64,000 nucleotides of DNA. Origin: Anthoceros angustus. Lineage: Eukaryota; Plantae; Anthocerotophyta. The notes below the pieces were generated by a model. The model was not told the origin of the DNA and searched no databases. It worked only from the letters and a program-made list of their open reading frames with translations. Location of the stretch: contig MU008165.1 in NCBI GenBank assembly GCA_010909165.1, positions 1,364,001-1,428,000 on the forward strand, written 5' to 3'. The position numbers were made by a program, and so were the translations under genes. Positions 1 to 12,300 of the stretch are shown here, piece after piece; the first letter of the stretch is position 1; each line of letters starts with the position of its first letter.

Positions 1-445
1 AGCTGGATGGGAACTGCCAGATTACCTGAGAAAGATCATTGTACAGGAAGATCGTCGAAGTCGACCAAAGTTGGTGATATCATGACTGAGGAGGTTAGTT
101 GCCCACCCAGCTTTCCCTGGGTATGCTTTTACGCAGAACCTGGCCGCGAAAGAGGAGCTGGCTGCGTTCTTACTGACATGGGAGTCACACTCCCGTCGTG
201 TCTGTTGTCTCAGAACAAGCTGATAACGGTCAGCCTGAGCATGAAGCTTTGCAAGCAATGGAGCTGATGACGGGTGAGTAACGCTCTTCCGTGCTGAGCT
301 AGCCTCCTTGTGTGTCATCCCGGTCCTCACATTGTACTCCTCCCCGACGACAGATAAGCGAATCAGACACATCCCTGTGGTCGAGAACAAGCAGATGAAG
401 GGCATGGTTTCCATTGGGGATGTCATTCGAGCCATAGTGAAGGAA
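1..445 (+). CDS. CBS-domain protein (CBSX3-like), 3' exons; this copy of the last exon is truncated at 445
   Basis: Spliced peptide RSSKSTKVGDIMTEE|NKLITVS..AMELMT|DKRIRHIPVVENKQMKGMVSIGDVIRAIVKE with GT-AG introns (about 94-213 and 272-353). The sequence departs from the CBS C-terminus after 445. Confidence 0.85.
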
Positions 446-959
446 GCGATCGGGAACTCTCAACCCGCTGGAACTAGAAGGAGGCTGGAGGTAAATGTGG
501 TATTTTATACCACTTTGCAAATTCACACATTCACACCGAATAAAGAGACCAACTACCGCTATCGTACATCCAGATAGCTTCATTGTTGCCTAAGCTTCTA
601 TTATCACAAACACCAAGGTTCTCCATATGAGCTCGATGTTCTGCCGCCAACCCATCTTGTAGTAACTTTGCTCTAATATATATTACCGCCACATGTATAG
701 GAAAACATATAAAACATACCCTTTGTCCGGCAGTTTACTGGAGGTCCTCCAACCTCTACTACCAAGACAAGAACGTCTCTTCGTGTTTCGCTGCCCGCCT
801 TTGGCTTGCTCGCCAACCGGTTTGTCAGTGTAGGCGACCGCTAGGCGGTGCTCTTCGCTATTGCTCACTATAGGCTCCTCGCCTAGGGCCCTGCCTAGGG
901 CCGCCTCCGCTGATTGTGTCTTCCTTCGCTATGCATTATCACATCTCGGGCCTGGGACA

Positions 960-2040
960 AAGTCAAGGAGGCCTTTGAGATATTCTTCCGAGCTGCCAGG
1001 GCTTGAAGGTCAAGATGTCCAAGTGTGCTCGTCTCGCTGGGATCCCGCCACTGCAGCTTCTCGGGGAGATTGCTCCTCTTGGTCTCATGGATTCTGGGGT
1101 CCCTTGGTTCCCCGACTTCATTGGGAGCTTCGACAAGGCCCTTGCAGGACCTCTCCCATATTGAAGACCTCCCTTTGCCGGAGGATGCCTGTGGCCTTTG
1201 GAATCCTTTCCTTCGCTTTGCTAGGCGCCTGGTACCTTATCCGTGGCCGCCTCCGCCTCCGGCCCTTTTGTCCCGGCCGGGTTTGATACGAAGATTATGG
1301 ATACTCTTGGGGACATCTTGGGCCTGGGGCTTTTGAGTGCCCTGGGCGACTGCCCACTGCAAGCATCCCCGCCTGCAATTTGGAGGCGAGGATCGCCTCA
1401 TCGAGGTCTCTTCCCGGCTTTGGGAGTTGGGCCCTCTCGCCCGCCTTTGGCTTCCTGCTTCATCCTCCATGACAAGCCCTTTCTCGAGGATCTCGATCAA
1501 GTGTGGAGGAGGGAACCTTCTCTCCAATCGCCCTTGAGAGTGCCGAGACATGTTATCAGATGCTCAAGGACTTCCTCCTTTCTACATTTATCATCGATGG
1601 CTTTAGGGATTGCATCTCGCCGAGAAGCGCCGCCGCCATTCTCCAGACCCTCCATCTCTGTGTCCACGCCTTTTGTTCTCGGGAAGGAGCAGTGTTTGGC
1701 TACCGCCCGCCCATGCATACGGGATTTCACATCGCACCAACCACCTTCACTATCGCGATGCGATTCCGCCTACTCCACCGTGGCTTCTTCGCCTCACTTG
1801 TGAGTGCGGCTCGCCTTGACGCCTCGTGTCCACCTTGCTCGTTGTCCCCACGGGGTCATCGATTGCCACCACGACGCCATCCGTGACGCCATGTTTGCCA
1901 TTGCTCGCGAAAGTGGCTATATGGCCCGGAGGAGCGGAGTATACTCTTCTGTGTCGCTCAATCGTATGACTTATACCTTGTCCGTGGCGACCGTTGTGGT
2001 GGCGGATGTAGTGGTTACCGACCGCACGTGACGCCACCTC
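960..2040 (+). mobile_element. Decayed non-LTR retrotransposon (RLE/CRE-like): post-RT region, Zn-knuckle and start of endonuclease
   Basis: Frameshifted peptides FDTKIMDTLGDILG..QAS.P...GG, FTIAMRFRL, HLARCPHG...HDAIRDAMFAIARESG and VADVVVT match the C-terminal motif order of restriction-like-endonuclease LINEs. Confidence 0.65.
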
Positions 2041-2087
2041 CGCCTGTGTCATCCCGGTCCTCACATTGTACTCCTCCCCGACGACAG

Positions 2088-2230
2088 ATAAGCGAATCAG
2101 ACACATCCCTGTGGTCGAGAACAAGCAGATGAAGGGCATGGTTTCCATTGGGGATGTCATTCGAGCCATAGTGAAGGAACACCGGGAGGAGCTTTCAAGG
2201 ATGAGCGACTACATTCAAGGTGGCTACTAA
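2088..2230 (+). CDS. Second, complete copy of the CBS gene terminal exon
   Basis: 2045-2179 repeats 311-445 (135 bp), then continues HREELSRMSDYIQGGY* (TAA 2228-2230). Acceptor AG at 2086-2087. Confidence 0.85.
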
Positions 2231-2299
2231 ACTGCAGCCTCCTTTGCCACAAGCTGCACCGGAGCAGCCAATCACCCTGTATATAAATCATGAACCACC

Positions 2300-2700
2300 A
2301 ACCGCCCAGCCGGGCCGCCTGCAGCTCAAGGTCCGCAAGTATAGCAGGATGCAAGCGGGCCACCTCTTTATCCCGCTTGCTCTAGAAACGATGGGCAATG
2401 GTGAGGACTTTGACAAATTCATCAAGTCTTGTGCCAAAGCTTACCATGCGCTGCAGTATAGTGTATGTCCCTCTCAGATTTCAAAGATACTCCGACAACG
2501 GGTTTCTATTGCTCTTCAACGGGCGCCTCAACGGCGATTCTCCATAAGGCGACGGTGGGTGATGCCTTTTCCTCTTCCTCCGTGGTTTGCGCCGCTTATT
2601 CTACCGTGACATGACATTGTGGGTGCAGCTTGGTCACTTTAGGTAGGGAGCTCAGTTGCTCCTCTTCACTCCGATCCCCGGGTCCCCATTTGTTGTCCCC
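2300..2700 (+). mobile_element. 3' end of the same RLE/CRE-like retroelement
   Basis: PGRLQLKVRKY...FIPLALETMG...FIK...ILRQRVSIALQRA, the typical RLE tail (K..KY, F.P.a.Et.G, QR.S.alQR). Confidence 0.7.
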
Positions 2701-3397
2701 TCCTAGATGGTCTCTTTCCATCGTTCTTTCACCTCAATAAATCATCCACGCCTATATAAAACATATATGTTACTATTGCTATTAAACATCACACATTTAT
2801 GGTCAGCTGCAAATACTTTATGCCAGGGCCCATGGAGTATCGGCAGAGGGCAACCGACAAGTGCTCTAGGGTGCAGAGTGGTGAGATTATAGGTGGTGGG
2901 GTCCACCACGGTAAGGTAACCGCGCATTAAACCCCGGACGAATTTCGGTGACCGGGCTTCTTCTTTTAGCGGTTCTTTTTCAGGGAGCCACTAGCAACCC
3001 ACGGTTTACAAGCCGGTCCTGTGGCGGGTTCAGGGCTATATATGTACATATATTTGGTGTATCGGGTTTACTTCATGGTATGTATATATTTGGACGTGTT
3101 ATCTGCGCGTAGCTACAAGCCAAGGCGGTCATGCCACAAGGAAGAAGACATATGGATGGTGGGCCTCCCTGCTTTGGGAGAAGTGCCCATTCATTCTGTA
3201 GGAGTAATAGGCTCTACGGGTTTAGAACGATGCGTGCTGGAGTCTTGATTTTTAGTGGGGAGCCAGGCAACCAGCAAAATATCCTACGCGCCCTTTCCCA
3301 ACTTCAAAAGTTGGTGAGCCTGGAATCCGGGACTGGAGCGCGTTTCAACGTGTCTGAGGGTTTTGTGCTATGTACGTGGCGTCGGTCTGGATTCTAA

Positions 3398-6300
3398 ATG
3401 AAGCAAGCAGCACTCATGGCTGTCAAGTCCGACGGAGAGGAGAGTCTGGAGGATGCCCCAAAGCCCAAGCCCAAAGCTAGCAAGGGCAAAGGCAAAGGCA
3501 AAGGCAAAGGCAAAGGCAAAAGCGACGGCGATGGCGATGGCGATGGCACGTTGAAGCAAAGTAATGCCAATTCTGCTGTTTTTCACCCCTGCTGGGCATC
3601 TTGCTTGCCCAACTCCAACTTGTACATGTTTGTCGTGCAGAATCCCTGCAGAATTTTTCGCGGAGAACAAGAACATCGCAGGTTTCGACAATGTAATTCC
3701 CAGGTCCATCTGTGCTTAATCGATTTCTGGATTTCACGAGGAGCTCCGCGTTGGTTACTGGACATGGATCATCAATCGGGATTAGGGTAGTGGGTGGGAG
3801 GCAGCATGGAGGAGCGAGTAGGGGTAGTGCCAAATTTTACCAATCTGGTGGCGTAATGTCGGCTGCTTCATTTCATGTTGGGAGCACTGCTTGCAAGCAG
3901 CTGTGCCAGGGTCTGCAGCTGCAGAGCTTCCAGGCAGCGGTACTGTGGAGCTCAAGGCGGGTGAGACCACCTATGTATCGTGGAAAAGCTACTGCAGGAT
4001 GCGCAGAAGACAGCAAGCAAGTCGGGTGCTCCGGCAGGTGCCAATCCTGCTTTGGAAGCACGGATTTCTCCTGAGGTGTGCTGCCTGACGCGCTGCATTC
4101 TTGAAGCACGTTCTGGGTGGGATGGCAGCCTGACAGACAGGGAGCGTGTGGATGCTGTAGTATGATGATTTTGAGACCGAGAAAGCGAAAGAGGTTTGTA
4201 CGAACTGGATTGTTTTTTCTGCTGCTTTGAAGGGTTTTGTTTCAAGCTACTAGACTCCTTAAGTATTGTGGTAATTTCCATAGAAACGACTGGCTCGAGA
4301 AGCTCGCGAGCAAGAGAAACAAATCAAGGCTGTGGCAGCAGGCAAGAAGATCAAGGATGCTGGGCAACTGAAACCGGTAAAGGTCGTGGAGAAGCAATGT
4401 TCTTCAAAAGTGACAGTCAAGGTATTTTGAAACCGCTCTTCTGCACAGACTGCATTGTCCTCTAAAGCTCTGGATTCTGGATATGGTTGATTGCTGTATT
4501 TTTTCAAGATCCAGGTTAGTCATCTCCTTGATTCCACGTTTGCAGGATAATGGGCGAGGGATGGCACATGATGACATCCCTAACATGTTTGGACGAGGTG
4601 AACCTTCGTCTCACAAGTATCTTTTCATTTATTGGTGATGTGTGTTCCTTGAAATGTAGCTTTCTGTTCATTGATGATCAAGAGTTGGTAATCTCCGCAA
4701 GCTGTTTTTCACCCCTGCTGGGCATCTTGCTTGCCCAACTCCAACTTGTACATGTTTGTCGTGTGCAGAATCCCTGCAGAATTTTTCGCGGAGAACAAGA
4801 ACATCGCAGGTTTCGACAATGTAATTCCCAGGTCCATCTGTGCTTAATCGATTTCTGGATTTCACGAGGAGCTCCGCGTTGGTTACTGGACATATGCTAA
4901 CTCGGCCTGCAATCTTCTTCAGCCCGGGAAAAGTTTGTACACCACCGTCCGCGAGCTCGTTGAGAATGCCCTGGACTCTGCTGAGGCCATCGCAGTTCTT
5001 CCAGAGATTGAGCTAACAATGTGAGACCATGGGCCCAGTGGAAGTCCTGTTTGCCTAGTACAATCATGGGGCCGTGCTGTATGCCCCTCGTTAATACCGT
5101 TGGTTCTGTGCGGTCAGCGAGGAGCTCAGCAGATCCCAGTTCAACACCTTGATAGGCCTGACAGACAGGAGCGTGTGGATGCTGCATTGTATGATGATTT
5201 TGAGACCGAGAAAGCGAAAGAGGTTTGTACGAACTGGATTGTTTTTTCTGCTGCTTTGAAGGGTTTTGTTTCAAGCTACTAGACTCCTTAAGTATTGTGG
5301 TAATTTCCATAGAAACGACTGGCTCGAGAAGCTCGCGAGCAAGAGAAACAAATCAAGGCTGTGGCAGCAGGCAAGAAGATCAAGGATGCTGGGCAACTGA
5401 AAACCGGTAAAGGTCGTGGAGAAGCAATGTTCTTCAAAGTGACAGTCAAGGTATTTTGAAACCGCTCTTCTGCACAGACTGCATTGTCCTCTAAAGCTCT
5501 GGATTCTGGATATGGTTGATTGCTGTATTTTTCAAGATCCAGGTTAGTCATCTCCTTGATTCCACGTTTGCAGGATAATGGGCGAGGGATGGCACATGAT
5601 GACATCCTAACATGTTTGGACGAGGTGAACCTTCGTCTCACAAGTATCTTTTCATTTATTGGTGATGTGTGTTCCTTGAAATGTAGCTTTCTGTTCATTG
5701 ATGGAAAATGTTTTTCTATTGGGGTACTTGTTTTTTTACAGGAGTGCGAGCGAGCTTATTTGAGATGTCCTCGGTTGGTTCTTTGCAGAATGATTATTTT
5801 GCTGTAGAGAGCTCGAAGTTGAAACATACAGGGTTTTACATCCACAGGGGACCGCTTGCTGGAGTCTTGATTTTTAGTGGGGAGCCAGGCAACCAGCAAG
5901 TGAGATTGGTCACAAATTAGTTTTGGGCAGGGACTGGACATGCGGATCATCAATCGGGATTAGGGTAGTGGGTGTGGGAGGCAGCATGGAGGAGCGAGTA
6001 GGGGGTAGTGCCAAATTTTACCAATCTGGTGGCGTAATGTCGGCTGCTTCATTTCATGTTGGGAGCACTGCTTTGCAAGCAGCCGTGCCAGGGTCTGCAG
6101 CTGCAGAGCTTCCCAGGCAGCGGTACTTCGTGGAGCTCAAGGCGGGTGAGACCACCTATGTATCGTGGAAAAAGCTACTGCAGGATGCGCAGAAGACAGC
6201 AAGCAAGTCGGGTGCTCCGGCAGGTGCCAATCCTGCTTTGGAAGCACGGATTTCTCCCGAGGTGTGCTGCCTGACGCGCTGCATTCTTGAAGCACGTTCT

Positions 6301-9300
6301 GGGTGGGATGGCAGCCTGACAGGTTGTGAACTAACACCTCGAGGGGTTTCATGTCCAGACAGGAGGGTCTGTTGTTGTCAGAGATGAGGAGCAACCTCAA
6401 TCTGGTGCAGACCGGTTCAGAGACGTGATTCAGAAAATTGAGACGCTTTACCGGGTGAGCTACGGTGATTTGGTGTGGGCAGTAAGCGTGTTTGAACAAG
6501 CTTGCCAATGGGGGTTCGTTCGTTGCATGTCCACAGGGTGTCGACAGCGAAGGCGAGGAGTCTGACCCTGTTGATGAACAGTATGACACAGACGATTCAT
6601 TCATTGATGATCAAGAGTTGGTAATCTCCGCAAGCTGTTTTTCTGTGATGAAGTGCTGTCCGGGACCAAGTATGGCCTGAAGCAGACTCGTGGAAAGTTG
6701 GACTTGGCGCCAAAATGGTAAGCCCTGTGCTCCTCCCACACTGACAGTATGCATTTTGGATTTGATAAGTGGTTTTTGGGGACAAGGGCTCTACGTTTTG
6801 AAGTGGCTCACTCATTGAAGCAGTTCAGAACTGTACAAATTTGTGGCCAGCATTCTAGCTGCATGTATAAGGCCTTACTTTCTTTGCACTGTCTGTCTCA
6901 TCTGTTCAGGTCAGAGCCATCCTCCCCTCCTGCACCTGCGCCGAAGAAAAGAAAGCGCAAAGATTCAAAGCAGATATCCAAGGATGTTGCCGAGGGCAAC
7001 TCGACTGATGATGATGCAACTGAAGATGATTTTCCAGAGGATGACACTCCAAAGAGTCTGAAGATCGACCCAGGTGTTCGGATGAAAGTTGCTGCCAGGA
7101 AAGTGCCCGCATCAGGGGGTCCTAAAGGAGGACAAGACACATATGCTGGACACAAAAGCTCTGATACAGGAAAGCAGAGTTACCACAGGAAGGATGCCCA
7201 TTCCAGAAATGATCAGGGTCGTGGAGAAGCAATGTTCTTCAAAGTGACAGTCAAGGTATTTTGAAACCGCTCTTCTGCACAGACTGCATTGTCCTCTAAA
7301 GCTCTGGATTCTGGATATGGTTGATTGCTGTATTTTTTCAAGATCCAGGTTAGTCATCTCCTTGATTCCACGTTTGCAGGATAATGGGCGAGGGATGGCA
7401 CATGATGACATCCCTAACATGTTTGGACGAGGTGAACCTTCGTCTCACAAGTATCTTTTCATTTATTGGTGATGTGTGTTCCTTGAAATGTAGCTTTCTG
7501 TTCATTGATGGGAAAATGTTTTTTCTGTGATGAAGTGCTGTCCGGGACCAAGTATGGCCTGAAGCAGACTCGTGGAAAGTTTGGACTTGGCGCCAAAATG
7601 GTAAGCCCTGTGCTCCCTTTTTGCCCGTTGTCATTTGCAGTAATGATTTCAAGATGGGGAATTAGCCAACGCTGTATGATATGATTTCAGATGCAAAACT
7701 CACCATCTGTAGTAAGTCACCTGTCTTGGCTATATTTCTTCCAGGCACTAATATGGTCAAAGATGAGCACAGGATTGCCCATTGACATACTGAGTGCAAC
7801 CAAGAATCAGAGTTTCATGTCTTTTTGCAAGTTGGACATAGATATTCACAAGTAGGTTGTTGTGAGTCACCTTTCACCTCTCCAAGTCCCCACATGTTTT
7901 AGATTTCAACCACCAGTCGTCAGCTTCTGCGGCGGCAGATGCTTAGTGAAGGAACCCTGACGGCTGGTGCATATCACAGGAATGTGCCCAATATCCATGT
8001 TCATGAAAACGCACCAACAGTGATGGATGGCACGGAGCTGAAATTCAAGTCACAATTGAGGGAAACTGGACAACATACCGTGTGAGTTTTCACTTGCCAT
8101 CAGTGGTGAAGCACTTGTCTCTGTTATTTGCTTATGGCATGTTACCCATCCAACGGGGAAGGAGTCAAGTGGTAAACACTTCGGTCAAGGTTGTTGTGTT
8201 CTGGGTTCGCCTTTATCGACTTGGTAAACTGTAGGCAAGATTTGTCATGTTGGTGAGGGCCGTTTTCCTGGTTTCATCTTGTCTATGACTTCTGTTTGTT
8301 GTACGTAGTTCTGTGGGCAATCCAAAGTGTGTCCTGCAGAGGAGATTTAGAGTCACTTTAACAATGGGCACACATTAGCTGGGCCATAACCATTATGCTG
8401 AGCGTCTTATTGGTTAGTACTTCACATCAAGCAGTGAATGCAGAACTCTTGTGGTATGGTTGTACCTTCAATCAGTCACTTCATGGTATACCAGGTGAAA
8501 TGGGAGAGGAGTTCACTGCAAAACAAACGTGAAAACACTTACGTCCCAGCACATTGTTCGGATCCATCAGCTGTTTAGACAGGCGAAATTTGATGATCCA
8601 AGTGGAGAGGTAGGTCAGGGATGGTCTCTTCGGCTTCACTATCAAACTACTTATGCAAGTGCTTGATGGTTGCAATTTCTTGTACAGTGCCTCAGTCCAG
8701 GGAGAAGAATGAAGGGACGATGCTTGAGAGAGCCATGCAGGACTTGGAGAAAGGGGTTGCAGCAAGTAAGCATTTGTATGTTGTTTGCCAGTTAGGAGCC
8801 AACAGTGATGGATGGCACGGAGCTGAAATTCAAGTCACAATTGAGGGAAACTGGACAACATACCGTGTGAGTTTTCACTTGCCATCAGTGGTGAAGCACT
8901 TGTCTCTGGACGCAGGTGCTGCCCCAGCGTTTGTAAGCAAGTTGCTATGCACTGTGCTGTGATTATCTTGGATGTTCAGTAGAGGTGACTGTCTTACATC
9001 TGCAGTCCAAGATCATCAACTACATGAGACAAATGGCAGTAATCACACCCTACGCTCAGTTTCTCTTCAGCTACATCGGCTCAACTTCTGAGTAAGTCTC
9101 GTGTTCCAGAGAAACTCTCCTGAAAATCCCTGCAAATTTATTTTGTCTTGACATAGCAAACTGGGTTGGTACCTTGGTGAAGCAAAACGTCACAGTCAGG
9201 TTTGCACGCCGAACGAACACCATGCCACCAGCCCCAGTGGAGACCAAGTATCATCCATCTGCTGTGGACTTGTTGCTTATAAAGCGCTTGATAGCAGATA

Positions 9301-12300
9301 CATTGAAGCCGACCCTTGCCCAGTTCCTTCAGCACGAGTTCACAAACATAAGCAAGTCTTATGCTGAGCGTCTTATTAGTACTTCACATCAAGCAGTGAA
9401 TGCAGAACTCTTGTGGTATGGTTGTACCTTCAATCAGTCACTTCATGGTATACCAGGTGAAATGGGAGAGGAGTTCACTGCAAAACAAACGTGAAAACAC
9501 TTACGTCCCAGCACATTGTTCGGATCCATCAGCTGTTTAGACAGGCGAAATTTGATGATCCAAGTGGAGAGGTAGGTCAGGGATGGTCTCTTCGGCTTCA
9601 CTATCAAACTACTTATGCAAGTGCTTGATGGTTGCAATTTCTTGTACAGTGCCTCAGTCCAGCTGGAGAGTACAATTTGCACCTGGGCATCATGAAAGAG
9701 TTGCATCCAGACATGGTCGCAACGCTCCAGAGCAAGTAAGGGCTGAAATTATGTGCAGAGGTATCTGCTTTTGGTCTGGCAGTGTGCCCACCCACAGCAG
9801 AGGGTCAAGAGTCAGAAAAGCCTGGACATTCTGGAGGGAAAAACAAGCGTTTGCCTCGAGATGTTAAGAATAAGCTTGCGAAGGTCGCTAGGCTCTCGGT
9901 AAGTAGTATTACTGGTATGTTGGTTTGTAGACATTAGGAACTTCGGGTACAAGTCATAGGGACTGGTACTCCACGGCTTTGGGAGTAGATAAGTCTACAC
10001 TTGCCACTAGGGCCACTTCCAACATTCGATGTTGTTTTCGGTCTGTAGTCCAAGCAGGGAAGAATTCCAAAAGAGGTGGTCCAAAGGCTCTCACTTATCC
10101 TTGGGGACAAAATGCGTCTGCCAACCTTGAAGGTGAATAGCTTTGAGAATCTCTCAGTACTGGCTTTACCAACACACCATTGTATGCTGCTCATGGTTTT
10201 ACCTGTTGTGCGCAGTACAACTTGAAGAAGATGGTAGAAATGGGAATAACTGCAAATCAAGAAAAGGAAGGGCGACTTCAGAACATCAAGGGGGAAGTTA
10301 CTGAGATGATCAAATGCAGGTTGAAAGCTCAGGTCAGCTCTGAATTTGCAGTGTTGTACACATCTTTGACATCATGAACACATAAGTTCATGAAAAACGC
10401 ACCAACAGTGATGGATGGCACGGAGCTGAAATTCAAGTCACAATTGAGGGAAACTGGACAACATACCGTGTGAGTTTTCACTTGCCATCAGTGGTGAAGC
10501 ACTTGTCTCTGGACGCAGGTGCTGCCCCAGCGTTTGTAAGCAAGTTGCTATGCACTGTGCTGTGATTATCTTGGATGTTCAGTAGAGGTGACTGTCTTAC
10601 ATCTGCAGTCCAAGATCATCAACTACATGAGACAAATGGCAGTAATCACACCCTACGCTCAGTTTCTCTTCAGCTACATCGGCTCAACTTCTGAGTAAGT
10701 CTCGTGTTCCAGAGAAACTCTCCTGAAAATCCCTGCAAATTTATTTTGTCTTGACATAGCAAACTGGGTTGGTACCTTGGTGAAGCAAAACGTCACAGTC
10801 AGGTTTGCACGCCGAACGAACACCATGCCACCAGCCCCAGTGGAGACCAAGTATCATCCATCTGCTGTGGACTTGTTGCTTATAAAGCGCTTGATAGCAG
10901 ATACATTGAAGCCGACCCTTGCCCAGTTCCTTCAGCACGAGTTCACAAACATAAGCAAGTCTTATGCTGAGCGTCTTATTAGTACTTCACATCAAGCAGT
11001 GAATGCAGAACTCTTGTGGTATGGTTGTACCTTCAATCAGTCACTTCATGGTATACCAGGTGAAATGGGAGAGGAGTTCACTGCAAAACAAACGTGAAAA
11101 CACTTACGTCCCAGCACATTGTTCGGATCCATCAGCTGTTTAGACAGGCGAAATTTGATGATCCAAGTGGAGAGGTAGGTCAGGGATGGTCTCTTGAGAC
11201 TCCTCATGCTGGATGTACTGACTGGGGCTTGGTTTTACTCAGGTTCTAAATCTGAGGTATCTGCTTTTGGTCTGGCAGTGTGCCCACCCACAGCAGAGGG
11301 TCAAGAGTCAGAAAAGCCTGGACATTCTGGAGATAATGGCTGAGGAACAGAAGCCTAAGAGACCTCGATTTGATGATGAATCCGAAGAGTTGCTCAAGGA
11401 CGTGATGCACCAAAGGCTCCTACTTATCCTTGGGGACAAAATCGTCTGCCAACTATGAAGGTGAATAGCTTTGAGAATCTCTCAGTACTGGCTTTACCAA
11501 CACACCATTGTATGCTGCTCATGGTTTTACCTGTTGCAGTACAACTTGAAGAAGATGGTAGAAATGGAATAACTGCAAATCAAGAAAAGGAAGGCGACTT
11601 CAGAACATCAAGGGAAGTTACTGAGATGATCAAATGCAGGACAAAATTGGTGTTTTGTGAGCATTGTAAGTACAAAGATTCCTTTTAAAGGGACTGGGAA
11701 GGAATACATTGGAGACGATATACAGGAAATATCTGCTGCCGTGAAGGTACTCATATCTGGTGGAAGGCAGTCGTTGTGGCCGCATTGATGCATGAGGAGC
11801 TCCGCTTGTCCCATTTCTAACATCTTGCTACCAGTCAGCGATACAACAATGTTGTATACAACTGAAATCGAAGATTGTCCGGCAACAAGCAGCTCGTGAT
11901 AGGCAACAACGAAAACGGAATCTGGCCAGGTATGTTCCTGGGAAACAGTCGTCCAGCTTCCGTCGTGTTTGAGAAAGGGCGTTCCTGGCTTGACGTGCTC
12001 ACCGATTCAGGTACATACCAGACGTGTCACGAGCTATCTACAATATTCTGGAGATAATGGCTGAGGAACAGAAGCCTAAGAGACCTCGATTTGATGATGA
12101 ATCCGAAGAGTTGCTCAAGGACGTGATGCACCAAAGGCTGACGGAAGAAATCCTGCACGAAAAGCTTGCAGAGTATGTCAACAAGGTAATGCGGTGCCAT
12201 GGCCATGGCTTTCAGATGTCCCAGCCTTCGCTGCTCAAGAGTACCGCTGCTAACACATGCATCTGCTGCAGGTTGAAAGCTCAGGTCAGCTCTGAATTTG

